A stretch of 64,000 nt of DNA from an uncultured cyanobacterium (GTDB lineage: Bacteria; Cyanobacteriota; Cyanobacteriia; CAKZMO01): the NCBI GenBank assembly GCA_963719515.1, contig CAVRCJ010000005.1:160001-224000 (forward strand), read 5' to 3'. The notes beneath the pieces are model-generated. The model was not told the origin of the DNA, searched no databases, and saw only the letters and a list, made by a program, of their open reading frames with translations. The position numbers and the translations under genes are program-made. Numbering within the stretch: the stretch's first letter is position 1; each line of letters starts with the position of its first letter. Below, in pieces: positions 39,666 through 50,019 of the stretch.

Positions 39666-40025
39666 TCATGACGGCGGCGGCTCTGCTGAATCGCTAGTCC
39701 CAGCCGGCAGCGCCTCTAGATACTGAAGAAGCTGATGGAGCTTCATCCGGGGAATGTAGGGCCAGCCGCCGTTAGATTCAATGTCACGCAGGAGCGAGTA
39801 CAGCCGCTGGCGGTTTGTGGGGAAAGCCTCTTGAAATAGGCTGTCGCGGATCTCTTTGTGACAGGTTTCTAGGGTCCTAAGCAAAGCCAGCAGGGCTAGA
39901 ACATCGCCTTCCCTCTCCTGAGCCATCGTTTGCGTCATCTCGACGATCGAGCTCAGCTGCGACTTGGCAGCTTCTAATTGGTCAGCGTCAAGCGATGATT
40001 CGCCGGTAGGTTGTGACATGGTCAA
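39666..40025 (-). CDS. Hypothetical protein
   Basis: Helical ORF with PTNRQRLYSLLRDIE..GGWPYIPR. Confidence 0.7.
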   Translation of the reverse strand: MTMSQPTGESSLDADQLEAAKSQLSSIVEMTQTMAQEREGDVLALLALLRTLETCHKEIRDSLFQEAFPTNRQRLYSLLRDIESNGGWPYIPRMKLHQLLQYLEALPAGTSDSAEPPPS

Positions 40026-40131
40026 ACTTAGAGAATCAAGGTGAATGGACAGATCTACTGTGGGTTGGGTCTACGCAGGTAGAAGGAGGCGCACCAATTG
40101 CTGTAGACCAGGGGGATGGAAATGATGCGAA

Positions 40132-41529
40132 GTGAATACTCCCGACGCTCATCGCTGATGCGATAGAGCGCGGGCTTCATCGGTCACCCGATGAGTTTCC
40201 TGCTTCTGGGCCAGTTGGCTAGATATGGCTTCCCACATCCCCGCTACCTCGGCTCCACAGGCAATTTGAGTACCCGAAATTCCACGGGCGTTGATGACTT
40301 GAGCAGCGGCAATATCTCTCGGCTTGAGCGACCCACATTCATGACACCGATGAACGCGATCGCCCAACGATTTTTTGACCACAGCGCCGCAATCAGGGCA
40401 CTCCTGAGAAGTGCCGTAGGGGTCAACCTTGCCGTAATAGACGCCGCGTTTGAAGCACACCCATGGCAAGACCTGGTTTATGAACTGCCCCAAGCCAGCA
40501 TCAAGAGTGTGTTTACCCAGCATCCCTTTCGCCATGATGCGAAAGTCAAGGTCTTCAGCAAAGATGATTTGGGCTTGGTCACACAGCTTGTGGGCCAGCT
40601 TGAATTGCCAGTCAAGTCGACAGGCCGCTATCTGCTCATGCACCCGTCCAATTCTTCCGATGAGCTTGGCGCGGTTCTTCGAGCCCCGCTGCTTATTCTT
40701 CAGTCTGCGTTGCAGCAATTTAAGCTTGCGCTGCAGCTTACCGAAAAAGCGCGGACGCTCTACCTGCAAGCCGTTGGAAGTGGACAGAAAGTATTCAAGC
40801 CCTACGTCAATACCGATACTCTCCCCATAAGGAGCAGCATCAGGCACGTTGACGTCAGCTTGAATACTCGCGGTAGCGTACCACCCCGAATGCTTCTTGA
40901 TGACGCGCACCGTTTTCACCACAAACCCTTCTGGGACAGGGCGGTGCAGAACGATGCGCATCGTGCCCAGCTTAGGCAGCTTGATTTGGCTGCCCGTCAC
41001 CGGGTTTTCCTTGAACTGCGGAAAGAGGAACGAGCGGTACTGCCCAAACTTTTTGAAGCGCGGGAAACCGTGACCTCTCTCCTTCCTCGCAGCAAACGCT
41101 GCCTCTACCCTGCGAATAGGCTCTTGAAGCACCTGAGACTGCACGTCCTTCAGGTGAGGAAATATCTTCTTAGCCGCAGTCAGCGCATTTTGCTGCTTGT
41201 AGTAGCTAGGATATGGCGCGTCCGCCGCCATGACGTACTCTGACTGAAGCGAGCAGGCATTAGCTACGCAGCTTCTCGACTTTATCCAATCCTTGCGTTC
41301 GCGCAGCGCATAGTTGTAGACGCCGCGACAGGTCTCAAGCCAAGAGACCATACGGGCTTCCTGCTCAACAGACGGATAAATTCGGTAGGAGTAGTTCAAG
41401 GTCAACATACCTCGATTATAGCGTTTTTAAGGAGTAGTGCGCCACTCCTTAATCGCTCGCCTACGGCTCACGCGCCCATCATCCCGACGCTGATGCTGCG
41501 CATACAGCGCGGGACTTCCCGTCTACCAG
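40132..41529 (-). mobile_element. IS200/IS605-family tnpB-only element, apparently intact
   Basis: On the minus strand TTTAA precedes the left end CTGGTAGACGGG; related subterminal hairpins CCCGCGCT...AGCGTCGGG at both ends; the right end terminates GAGTATTCAC. Confidence 0.85.
40149..41408 (-). CDS. tnpB: RNA-guided endonuclease TnpB
   Basis: 419-aa uninterrupted ORF; RuvC D-E-D (GIDVG, AEDL, PRDIAAA) and CPDC..CHEC zinc finger. Confidence 0.95.
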   Translation of the reverse strand: MLTLNYSYRIYPSVEQEARMVSWLETCRGVYNYALRERKDWIKSRSCVANACSLQSEYVMAADAPYPSYYKQQNALTAAKKIFPHLKDVQSQVLQEPIRRVEAAFAARKERGHGFPRFKKFGQYRSFLFPQFKENPVTGSQIKLPKLGTMRIVLHRPVPEGFVVKTVRVIKKHSGWYATASIQADVNVPDAAPYGESIGIDVGLEYFLSTSNGLQVERPRFFGKLQRKLKLLQRRLKNKQRGSKNRAKLIGRIGRVHEQIAACRLDWQFKLAHKLCDQAQIIFAEDLDFRIMAKGMLGKHTLDAGLGQFINQVLPWVCFKRGVYYGKVDPYGTSQECPDCGAVVKKSLGDRVHRCHECGSLKPRDIAAAQVINARGISGTQIACGAEVAGMWEAISSQLAQKQETHRVTDEARALSHQR

Positions 41530-41816
41530 TTAAATGTGTACGAATTAGGAGAGCAACGTCCTGTAAAATAGTGAGGGCATCTGACCAGGCTTCCAATAGC
41601 GTAGCTGGTTGGAGGCTCGTTTGAAGATGGGCTAACCCAGCCTAGAGCATCCCACTCCATCAAAGCATAGTTCCTATTCGCTCAATCCTACAGTTGCTCA
41701 GGGCAGGCGTATAGGGCGAGCGTGCAACCCTACATCCGTTGATGTTGGATTCAAGTGGGCGCACTCTAGAGGTCAGCCAATAGGATACAGACATTAACGA
41801 GGTATTGAGGTTAAGT

Positions 41817-42638
41817 ATGAGGTATCGTGCCGTAGTTGCTGTGCTTTTAGCACTGTGCTTGGGCCTGCTGACAGCCTGTAGCGACGGAAAGTCAGCAGAT
41901 AGCGCATTGACATATGACGACATTAGAAACACGGGTTTGGCTAACAGCTGCCCCAAGCTTTCTGAGACGAGCCGTGGCTCTATTCCCTTGGAGTCTAGCC
42001 AGAGCTACTCTTTGCAAGAGCTGTGCCTGGAGCCGACCGCGTTCTTTATTAAAGAAGAGCCTATCAGCCGGCGTCAGGAAGCTGAGTTCATCTCGGGCAA
42101 ATCCTTGACTCGCTACACATCAACGTTGGACCAAGTCAGCGGTGACCTCATCTTGGGTGAGGGAGGAAAGCTGAAGTTTGTAGAAAAAGACGGCTTCGAT
42201 TTTCAGGCCATCACGGTTCTTCTGCCCGGTGGCGAGCAAATTCCATTTTTGTTCACCATTAAAGGCCTTATGGCCGAGGCTCAGATTGGTTCTGAGGGAA
42301 TCAATACTTCAACGGATTTTGAAGGCGAGTACAAGGTTCCGTCCTACCGTACCTCAAACTTCCTAGACCCCAAGGGTCGGGGACTGGCTACGGGATACGA
42401 CAACGCAGTTGCCCTGCCTGCTAAGGGAGATCGCGAAGAACTCGCTAAGGAGAACGTGAAGCGCTTTGACCTGGGGAACGGAACCATCTCACTTCAGGTG
42501 TCTAAGGTAAACAGTGCCACAGGAGAGATCGCTGGCGTATTCGAGAGCGATCAGCCCTCAGACACCGACATGGGAGCTGATGAACCGTCTGAAGTTAAAA
42601 TTCGCGGCATATTCTACGGTCGAATTCAGTCCACTTAA
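41817..42638 (+). CDS. psbO: Photosystem II manganese-stabilizing protein
   Basis: GLANSCP, FLDPKGRG, GYDNAVALPA and QPSDTDMG. Confidence 0.97.
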   Translation: MRYRAVVAVLLALCLGLLTACSDGKSADSALTYDDIRNTGLANSCPKLSETSRGSIPLESSQSYSLQELCLEPTAFFIKEEPISRRQEAEFISGKSLTRYTSTLDQVSGDLILGEGGKLKFVEKDGFDFQAITVLLPGGEQIPFLFTIKGLMAEAQIGSEGINTSTDFEGEYKVPSYRTSNFLDPKGRGLATGYDNAVALPAKGDREELAKENVKRFDLGNGTISLQVSKVNSATGEIAGVFESDQPSDTDMGADEPSEVKIRGIFYGRIQST

Positions 42639-42660
42639 CCGAATCGCCATCACATAGACA

Positions 42661-42688
42661 AAAAAGGGGAGCAGCTGCTCCCCTTTTT
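42661..42688. terminator. Bidirectional terminator between convergent psbO and cpcF
   Basis: Perfect palindrome AAAAAGGGGAGCAG/CTGCTCCCCTTTTT. Confidence 0.8.
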
Positions 42689-42720
42689 GGGTTCAGTGGC
42701 GGTGCGGCTCTCTAGAACCT

Positions 42721-43350
42721 CTACGCCATAGTCAGCGTTTCTATTGCCCAAGCCGCCCGGGCTTGAACGACAGCTGCGCTGTCGGTATCGGCAGCGGCCC
42801 GGATTTTTGGAATAACCTGCGATCGCTCCTCAGAAACTGAGGCACAAAGGGACTGTAGCCCTACTACAGCGGCGTAGCGGACCACCCATTCAGAATCATT
42901 GAGTGCGCCAAGGAGGGCGGCGATCGCCTGCTGCTGTGCCGGTCTTCTTTTGTCCTCGGGCAGCAGCTGCCAGCGAAGATTTCCCAGACCGCAGGCCGCC
43001 GCACGCCGCACGCTTAGAGCAAAATCGGACTGAACTGCGTCCAACAGTACCGCCAGCGCGTCGGGGTGAGCAATGCCCGAAACCGCCCGAATAGCCCAGG
43101 CTCTCGCCCCGTAGTTGTAGCCATCGAGCTGTGTCAGCAGCGCTGGGACAGCGGGATCTCCGATAGCTACAAGTCCCTCGACAGCGGCCACCGCTGCGCC
43201 AGGATTGTTGTAGCCTAATATCTGAATCAGCGCCGGCACGCTGGCCACGTCTTGAACTTGGGAAAGCTTCCGTACGGCTGTGACCAGAGCCGCCTTCGAG
43301 TCAGCCTGCTCGACGGCTTGAATTAACGCATCGGTAGGAGACATGGTCAA
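42721..43350 (-). CDS. cpcF: Phycocyanin alpha-subunit PCB lyase, CpcF
   Basis: HEAT repeats, LGYNNPGAAVAAV and DGYNYGARAW; last gene of the cpc operon. Confidence 0.92.
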   Translation of the reverse strand: MTMSPTDALIQAVEQADSKAALVTAVRKLSQVQDVASVPALIQILGYNNPGAAVAAVEGLVAIGDPAVPALLTQLDGYNYGARAWAIRAVSGIAHPDALAVLLDAVQSDFALSVRRAAACGLGNLRWQLLPEDKRRPAQQQAIAALLGALNDSEWVVRYAAVVGLQSLCASVSEERSQVIPKIRAAADTDSAAVVQARAAWAIETLTMA

Positions 43351-44168
43351 AGTAGCTTATCCATAAGCGCCATGACGGCTTTAGCCTCTGCAGACGGTGA
43401 CCTCGCGTCTGCAGCAAGCTGGTGCTCCAATACCCCTTTAAGGGCAATGAGCTTTAGGCTATTCTCGGCGTAGGTGGCCGCGATCGCATCCGCCGCCGCC
43501 AGGTAGCCAATCGCCCCCAAATCCATCAGGGCTGAGCGCCGAAGCTGTAGTTCCGGCGCGCGTAGAGCCTCCACCAGGCGATCGCCATAGCAAGAATCTT
43601 GGGTCAGCTGATACATCGCCCGAGCCGCTGCGTACTGTATGCGGGGGGTGGGATGGGCCAAAAAAGGTAGAATAGCGTCTATTTTCTCAGTAGCATTGAG
43701 CATTCCTAGCGCCTCAATAATGGCGTCGTAGGGCTGCTTCAAATGGGGAGTACCAGGCACCAGGACAACATCGTCGGCTCCTCCGTGGAGTAGATTAGCC
43801 AGCGGCTGTACGGCGCGATTGTCTCCTAGCTCTTCTAGTGATTGAGCTGCCGCCTCTCTCACGTAATAGTCTGGGCAACCCAGGCTGTCGAGCAACAGAG
43901 GAACAGCCTGGCGATCGCCCAGCTTGCCCAGAGCCCGAGCCGCATTTCGCCGTAGTGGATAACCCCCGTCAGGGGTGCGGTTGGTCGTATCCGCCAAAGC
44001 AGTCAGCAGCGCTGCTACAGCGTCTGGCTGACTGACGCGAAAGTGACCTAGCCACCAAGCAGCGTAGTAGCGACTGCTCGGATCCTCTACTTGCGTTAGA
44101 TTAGCGATCGCTTGGGAAACAGTTAGCGTCTGCGGAGAGAGCTCCGCTTCGGTTTGACGTTCTGCCAA
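43347..44168 (-). CDS. cpcE: Phycocyanin alpha-subunit PCB lyase, CpcE
   Basis: RYYAAWWLG, GGYPLRRNAARALG and ENSLKLIALKG. Confidence 0.93.
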   Translation of the reverse strand: MAERQTEAELSPQTLTVSQAIANLTQVEDPSSRYYAAWWLGHFRVSQPDAVAALLTALADTTNRTPDGGYPLRRNAARALGKLGDRQAVPLLLDSLGCPDYYVREAAAQSLEELGDNRAVQPLANLLHGGADDVVLVPGTPHLKQPYDAIIEALGMLNATEKIDAILPFLAHPTPRIQYAAARAMYQLTQDSCYGDRLVEALRAPELQLRRSALMDLGAIGYLAAADAIAATYAENSLKLIALKGVLEHQLAADARSPSAEAKAVMALMDKLL

Positions 44169-44171
44169 AAC

Positions 44172-44495
44172 CTATTCGGCACCCACAGACTTGGGCTTTC
44201 CGTCGGCCTGAAGATTTTGGTTGGCAGCCGTAGCCTGCGCTTTAACCTCGCTGCTGGCCTCTGAGCCTAGCTGCTCGATGCTGACGATCTTGCCGCCCAT
44301 CCGATTGATGCGCTTCATTTGCTCGCTCAGACGGCTGTACGGAATTGAGAGGTAAACTTTGCCCGTGCTGCGAATGGGGTAGCTAATGCGGTTAGGATTG
44401 ACGTTTTGGCCCATGCCCTCCACTTCAACGCGGTACATGCGGCTTCCATTCTGACTGGGGCTAGTGCTGCTGACAGCGCAACTTTGTCCAAACAT
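44172..44495 (-). CDS. cpcD: Rod-capping linker
   Basis: MFGQS start, IPYSRLSEQMKRINRMGGKIVSI. Confidence 0.9.
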   Translation of the reverse strand: MFGQSCAVSSTSPSQNGSRMYRVEVEGMGQNVNPNRISYPIRSTGKVYLSIPYSRLSEQMKRINRMGGKIVSIEQLGSEASSEVKAQATAANQNLQADGKPKSVGAE

Positions 44496-44649
44496 GGGTT
44501 ACTTCCTTAAAGAGAATAGCTTAACAATGGAAATTAGGCTCAATGCGACCTGTGGAAGGAACGAAAGCTCCCAACGGCAAACGATATAGTCGCTAGCGTA
44601 AGGAGCTTTCATTGCGGGCGTTATCCCGCCACAATCTGAAGACAGAGAG

Positions 44650-45513
44650 CTAAGCGGGACGAACGCTCTTGATTTTGGCGCCGCTGCGCAAAATCTGCTG
44701 CATCCGGTTGGATAGCTGCTCGTAAGGAACAAGATAGGCCTTGTTCGACTGACGAACCTTTGGGTCAAGCAGCGACGAGCCGATGCGTCCTGTAACCTCA
44801 ACGCGGTACATTCGCGCGCTTTGGTTACCGATACCGCCAAACGCCTTCTTGGGCGTATTTAGCTTAGAGTCGCGCTTGTCCGACGGGCTATCAATGCTAG
44901 AAGCTTGGTTACGCGCAACTTCGGAAAAGAGATGACCATTACGGCCAACCACCTGTCCACGGTCGTTGTTTGCGTAGCCCCGATAGAGCTGAAACATGCG
45001 GCTAAAGCCAACGGTGCGAGAGCCGGCATCAACCCCGAACCCAACGAAGTAGGGAACGATGTTGTCGCCAAACTTGTTGGAGTACTCCTCACTTTCAAAG
45101 TAGGAGTTAATTTCAGCGTCATATCCGTCATCTTCAATCATGCGGGTATGCTTAGCGACTTCAGCTTCATCGTGGGGAGGTCGCCCCAAGATGTGCTTAA
45201 AGTTCAGCTCCACAAGGCGCTGATTGTTGTTGGGATAGAAAAACTTCGACTTGTAGAGTTCGGACAATGCGATCGCCCGAACAAAATCGCGTACCGTAAT
45301 GTTGCCCTGCCGCAGCAGAGACTCAATAGAAATCAGCCGCTCGGACTTCATGATGTAATCATTGCCGAGGACTTGCCGATAGGCTGCCTTGATAACGGAC
45401 TGTAGGTCGGACTCGGTCCAATCTGGACGAAGCTCTACCTTTGTGCCGTCAAACGCATCAAGACCCAGACGACCAGCGGCCTGCAAATTGGATGCTACTA
45501 ATGTAGTTGCCAC
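44650..45513 (-). CDS. cpcC: Phycocyanin rod linker polypeptide
   Basis: [24 protein letters not shown] and a C-terminal CpcD-like domain; GTG start after GGGGGA. Confidence 0.9.
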   Translation of the reverse strand: MATTLVASNLQAAGRLGLDAFDGTKVELRPDWTESDLQSVIKAAYRQVLGNDYIMKSERLISIESLLRQGNITVRDFVRAIALSELYKSKFFYPNNNQRLVELNFKHILGRPPHDEAEVAKHTRMIEDDGYDAEINSYFESEEYSNKFGDNIVPYFVGFGVDAGSRTVGFSRMFQLYRGYANNDRGQVVGRNGHLFSEVARNQASSIDSPSDKRDSKLNTPKKAFGGIGNQSARMYRVEVTGRIGSSLLDPKVRQSNKAYLVPYEQLSNRMQQILRSGAKIKSVRPA

Positions 45514-45568
45514 AATTCCCCCATATGGATGTGGATTAAAACGGTGATGAATAAGGTAATTAAAAACA

Positions 45569-45630
45569 CTGCCCGGAAAAATTGACAACCGCTAGCTCAA
45601 TTGCCAGCAATCGCTAATTCCTCCGGGCAG
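45569..45630 (-). terminator. Stem-loop between cpcA and cpcC (partial terminator or processing/stability element)
   Basis: CTGCCCGGA...TCCGGGCAG long stem directly after cpcA. Confidence 0.55.
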
Positions 45631-45645
45631 CAGTTCCTAACTGGA

Positions 45646-46134
45646 CTAGCTCAGCGCGTTGATGGCGTAGTCGAGGTAGGAGTTAGCTTCGGTTGCTGAG
45701 TCACCAGATAGACCGTGATTGGCCTTGATATTCTTCAGCGCTTCGATGTACCAGCTAGGGGATAGATCGAACGTGCGGTTGATCTCGTCGATACCGGCAA
45801 CAAGATACTCATCCATAGGACCAGTACCACCAGCAACGCAGCAGTAGGTCACCATGCGGAGGTAGTAGCCGATGTCACGAGCACACTTTTGCTTGCCGCG
45901 CTCGTCAGCTGCGTACTGAGGTCCCTGCATCTGGGTTGTGTAGGGAAACTTGCTGTACACAGCTTTAGCTGCGCCTTCGATCAGCTGATCTTTCTTAGCG
46001 CTGAGCTGCTTAGCGGCTTCGAGGCTAGCTTGAGCCTGATTGAAGCGGCCAAATGCAGTCTGCACCTCGGTGCTAGATAGAAAACGGCCTTGAGAATCTG
46101 CAGCAGCAACTGCTTCAGTTAGCGGAGTCTTCAT
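45646..46134 (-). CDS. cpcA: C-phycocyanin alpha subunit
   Basis: [28 protein letters not shown] and YAINALS; 162 aa. Confidence 0.98.
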   Translation of the reverse strand: MKTPLTEAVAAADSQGRFLSSTEVQTAFGRFNQAQASLEAAKQLSAKKDQLIEGAAKAVYSKFPYTTQMQGPQYAADERGKQKCARDIGYYLRMVTYCCVAGGTGPMDEYLVAGIDEINRTFDLSPSWYIEALKNIKANHGLSGDSATEANSYLDYAINALS

Positions 46135-46201
46135 TGTCTTAATATCTCCTTAAGGGTATTGCAACGGTTAAGTATTAAAAGGTGTCCAAACAGACGGAGG
46201 A

Positions 46202-46720
46202 CTAGGATACTGCGGAAGCAGCCTGGTCGAAGTAGCTAGAAATCTCCGACATGATGGAGCTGCAGTCACCAGAAGTAATGCCGTTGGGGTCGCCAACGAT
46301 CTTCAGGGCTGCATCCTTCATCTTCTGAACGCCCGTTGAAACGGAAGCACCAGGAGTACCTAGAGCAACGTAGGTCTCGCGAAGACCATTGAGGCAACGA
46401 TCGTTGAGTACGCTGGAGTCGCCGCTGAAGATGGCGTAGGTGATGTAGCGCAGGATGATTTCCATATCGCGCAGGCAGGCAGCCATGCGGCGGCTGGTGT
46501 AAGCGTTACCACCAGGAGCGATAAGCTGAGGTTGCTCAGCGAACAGCTCGCGAGCAGCATCAGAGACAATGGCGGATGCATTGCTAGTGATGCGGTTTAC
46601 GGAATCCAGACGCTTGTTGCTCTCAGAAACCATTTGGTTTAGGGCATCGAGCTGGGAATCAGAGAGATACTCGCCGCGAGTATCTGCTTGGGAAACGACT
46701 TTAGTGAATGCGTCAAACAT
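46202..46720 (-). CDS. cpcB: C-phycocyanin beta subunit
   Basis: [18 protein letters not shown] and GDCS; 172 aa. Confidence 0.98.
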   Translation of the reverse strand: MFDAFTKVVSQADTRGEYLSDSQLDALNQMVSESNKRLDSVNRITSNASAIVSDAARELFAEQPQLIAPGGNAYTSRRMAACLRDMEIILRYITYAIFSGDSSVLNDRCLNGLRETYVALGTPGASVSTGVQKMKDAALKIVGDPNGITSGDCSSIMSEISSYFDQAASAVS

Positions 46721-47042
46721 TGACTGAACACTCCTAGATTTGATCAAGTTGGGTTTGTAAAACGTGTGGTGTGAAGACAGAGGCTCCGTAGCCCAAACCA
46801 ATGCCCTAGACATCGGCTTTGTCTTCCCCACAAAGGTCTGCGCAGTGAGCCACAGACCTAAAGGGAAAGCAACAATTCAGAATTGCGCCGTAGCCGTTGA
46901 GACAGTCTCAGCCTACCCAATCTGAAACTCAGAATCCACGAGAAACCTGAGAATCATCTAGGACAAGATGAGAAGCATACGAAACCTGGCATCTAGAGCA
47001 CCAAAGCGGCTTCAGGTCTCTCAACAACCCCCTCCAGAATTC

Positions 47043-47114
47043 TTTATACACTGTTGTAGAGTAGTTATTTTTTACGAATTGTAAAGAGTTGATGCAATTG
47101 TAAACAAGTGTGAC
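47043..47114 (-). promoter_or_regulatory. Putative cpcB promoter with TTTACAAT (HLR1/RpaB-like) half-sites
   Basis: Minus-strand TGTATAAA at 47050-47043 and TTTACAAT at 47085-47078 and 47104-47097; implies a ~315-nt leader. Confidence 0.4.
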
Positions 47115-47596
47115 ATTACGGCTGAAACTTGTTCTCGAGTGGGTGTTTGGTGGTAATCGAATCTGCGTATTTTGGCCTAAGCTGCGCCTGAACTCGCACG
47201 AACTCCACTCGAACTGCGCCCAAATGATTCATCAGATCGAAATGATTTTTAATATTCTGTCTACGCAGAATGGCGTTGCGCTTTGTATAGCTTTCTATAT
47301 CGAGTGAAAATCTTTTTGGCCGCTCCCATCGAGCGCTATGCCAAAGCTGCGTTGAAGCGATCGCTTTATTCTCCTGTCATCAGCGCTGCGGGTCAGAGTC
47401 TAGCCCAAAGGTTGCTGAGGATACCCCCATCGCCGATCGAGTCCGCTTCGCTTAGGGTCACGCCCTATGAGCATTGTCATTCCTCTCTAGAGTAGCTAAC
47501 ATTAAGAATATTAAAATCATGGTGTAACTACATCGATATTGTGCAGTTGTGCCGCTTTCACGTCCAAGCCGTAGATTTCGTGGAGATGCTAGTCCA

Positions 47597-48136
47597 GTGA
47601 CCCTATCGCTTAAGCCATCGCTATCCAAAAGTGAGCAGCTGATTACGTCATTCTTTGAGCGAACTCAGGGACAGTGGCGGTCTGAGCGGCGTTACTACAC
47701 GCTTCCTGATGGGGAGGTCAAAGAGATTGTTAGCTCGATTGTGGTGCGTTTTTTGCAGCCGGGAGCACCAGAGCTTCTCGAACTAGCGCAGCGCCATCAG
47801 CTCCCGGACGCTCAGAAGATGGTTTGTGGAACTTGGGTGAGCTGGGACAGCGCGGATTCGGTTTCAGGTAAAAAGCAGTCCAGGGGAAGCACCATGTTTG
47901 GCGCGCTGGGGACTATCCTCTACCGCGATCGCGGCTTTGCAACGCCCAAGCCGGTTACCGCTGACTTTTACTTCAACGATCCGAAAACTTTGTGTTTGAA
48001 GACTGAGTACAACGATTCTATCTTTGAAGAGGAACTCAAGCTTGTGGGCGATCGCTACCGAACGCGCCAGACCATCATCTCCCGAGCTGGCGAGCAGCAG
48101 ATGATTGGGCAGTATCTGGAAACCCGCATAGATTAG
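47597..48136 (+). CDS. cpcS: CpcS/CpeS-type phycobiliprotein lyase
   Basis: FF..TQGQWRSERRYY, LYRDRGF, FEEELKL and RTRQTII; divergent from the cpc operon; start uncertain. Confidence 0.75.
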   Translation: MTLSLKPSLSKSEQLITSFFERTQGQWRSERRYYTLPDGEVKEIVSSIVVRFLQPGAPELLELAQRHQLPDAQKMVCGTWVSWDSADSVSGKKQSRGSTMFGALGTILYRDRGFATPKPVTADFYFNDPKTLCLKTEYNDSIFEEELKLVGDRYRTRQTIISRAGEQQMIGQYLETRID

Positions 48137-48293
48137 TAGTGAGAATAGCGATCGCTGGCCCACTGAAACCCCGCGCTGCCGCGAGCATTGCCGCTGTACT
48201 GCCTATGTGTTCGTAGCAGCTTCCTTTGCCTCCCGTTCTCCTCCAAAGTCAGGTATGTGAGAATAGGCAGACTGTTTTAGGAGGTGTGGCGTC

Positions 48294-49475
48294 ATGGTTA
48301 CAGCACAGCATCAAAAATATGCCACTAGAACGTCGTGGTGTGAGGTTTCTCAATCAGCCATCAAAGCCAACGTTGCTGCGCTGCGACAGCGAATAGGGCC
48401 AAGCGTCAAACTCGGGATAGTGGTTAAAGCAGACGCCTTTGGTCACGGCTTGGTCCCCTGTGCCGGCGCGTTCGTAGAGGCTGGCGCAGATTGGCTGATC
48501 GTCAACTTTGCCTACGAGGCCGCCGCCATTCGTAAAGCAGGGGTCGATGCACCTATTTACGTTTGTGGACACGTCCTGCCGTCCCAGGCCCATATCATTG
48601 CCGAGACAGGGGCCCGGATTGTTTTGTACGACGCTGAAGTTGCGCGGGCGATCGCGGCGGCAGCAAAAGCGGCTGGCAGAACTGTTCCGGTCCATCTAAA
48701 AATAGAAACCGGGACGCACCGACAAGGGTTGACCCTCAAGAACGCCCTTGATCTTGCCCGCTACATTGAACCTCTAGAGGGCATTGTCTTGGAGGGCGTC
48801 ACGACCCACTACGCCGACATTGAGGACACCACCGACCATCGCTTCGCCCATCATCAGCTCACGCAGCTGCTGGAGGCACAGTCGGCATTCCTAAACGCCG
48901 GCTTAGCGCTACCTATGGTCCATTCTGCTAACTCCGCAGCCACCATCTTGTGGCCAGAGACCCACGGCTCGCTGGTCCGCGTCGGTATTGCGGCCTATGG
49001 ACTCTGGCCCTCTACCGAAACCTACGCCACGGTGCTACAAACGGCCGGCTCGCCTAGCGGCTTTTTACCCCATCTTCAGCCCGTTCTAGCCTGGAAAACT
49101 CATATTGCTCAAGTCAAGTCTGTTCCGGCGGGAGGTTACGTGAGCTATGGCCGTACGTTTCGTGCGCCCTACGCTATGAAGATTGCAGTTTTGCCCCTGG
49201 GATATCACGAAGGCTACGATCGCCGCCTGTCAAATCTGGGATATGCGCTGATTCAAGGGCAGCGGGCCCCTATTTGTGGGCGTGTCTGCATGAACATGGT
49301 GATGGTCGATGTGACCCATCTTACTGGCGTGTCGAAGGCGTCAACGGTAACGCTTCTGGGAAGAGACGAAGACGAAGCGATCAGCGCAGAGCAGCTGGCG
49401 ACCTGGATGGGGACAATCAATTACGAAGTTGTTTCTCGAATTCACCCGTCGCAGCACCGCTATTTAGTGGCCTAG
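48294..49475 (+). CDS. alr: Alanine racemase
   Basis: VVKADAFGHG, HSANSAA, GYHEG, GRVCMN and TINYE. Confidence 0.93.
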   Translation: MVTAQHQKYATRTSWCEVSQSAIKANVAALRQRIGPSVKLGIVVKADAFGHGLVPCAGAFVEAGADWLIVNFAYEAAAIRKAGVDAPIYVCGHVLPSQAHIIAETGARIVLYDAEVARAIAAAAKAAGRTVPVHLKIETGTHRQGLTLKNALDLARYIEPLEGIVLEGVTTHYADIEDTTDHRFAHHQLTQLLEAQSAFLNAGLALPMVHSANSAATILWPETHGSLVRVGIAAYGLWPSTETYATVLQTAGSPSGFLPHLQPVLAWKTHIAQVKSVPAGGYVSYGRTFRAPYAMKIAVLPLGYHEGYDRRLSNLGYALIQGQRAPICGRVCMNMVMVDVTHLTGVSKASTVTLLGRDEDEAISAEQLATWMGTINYEVVSRIHPSQHRYLVA

Positions 49476-49572
49476 AACCGCCATTTGGTGGCTTAGAGTG
49501 AGCCTTGTAGGTCTGGTCCCACAGAATCTCGCCGGGCACTGCAGGACTAAAGCGGCGCCACGCAGGTATCAG

Positions 49573-49785
49573 TATTGCGGAGTGAAGCAGCCTGGAGCTC
49601 GGCTTTGAACGATAGGCAGTGAGAGTGTCTTAAGAGGTGATAGGTCACTGAGAGCGTCGTCACCGTAGTGACAACCGCGACTAGGGTAACGGCAATATGC
49701 TGTTGGGTAGCTGACCTGACCATAGGGCTGGACTCCTGATGCGGGTGAGTGCGGATGTCGTACTACAGCTAAGGTGCCCGCGATG
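49573..49785 (+). ncRNA. Candidate rod-shaped structured RNA (possibly 6S RNA)
   Basis: Six nested complementary segment pairs with G-U pairs favouring the + strand, followed by a TTGAGG/CCTCAA hairpin; identity not verified. Confidence 0.4.
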
Positions 49786-50019
49786 AGATTGAGGATCACA
49801 ACCTCAAAAGTTTTTATACCGACCTTACTGAAAGCCCACCAGCACCATAGCCCTCCCATAGCCGCCCTCAGAGCGCCCTAGAATGTCCCCAGAGTGCCCC
49901 AGAGTGTTCCGCAGTGGGCTTCAACTCCCTCTCACCCGACCCTTCAGCATTATGTGGAAGGGCAGTCGACCGCCTACAATGATGAAACTTAGCGTGACTT
50001 AGCGACTCTCTTCCTACCC

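Noticed and set aside
40191..41243. 350-aa plus-strand ORF
   Set aside because: It is the antisense shadow of tnpB with no recognisable motifs; the same applies to most short overlapping ORFs in the track.
17157..41408. Nuclease-dead TnpB (TldR-like) regulators or Cas12f
   Set aside because: All three TnpBs keep the RuvC D-E-D residues and IS ends, and no CRISPR array is adjacent.
49569..49859. 96-aa minus-strand ORF
   Set aside because: No recognisable features; the region is better explained as structured RNA on the + strand.
49862..49912. Degenerate ~10-nt tandem repeats (GCCCCAGAGT-like; similar at ~29899-29925)
   Set aside because: Short, low-complexity STRR-like repeats common in cyanobacteria, with no spacers.
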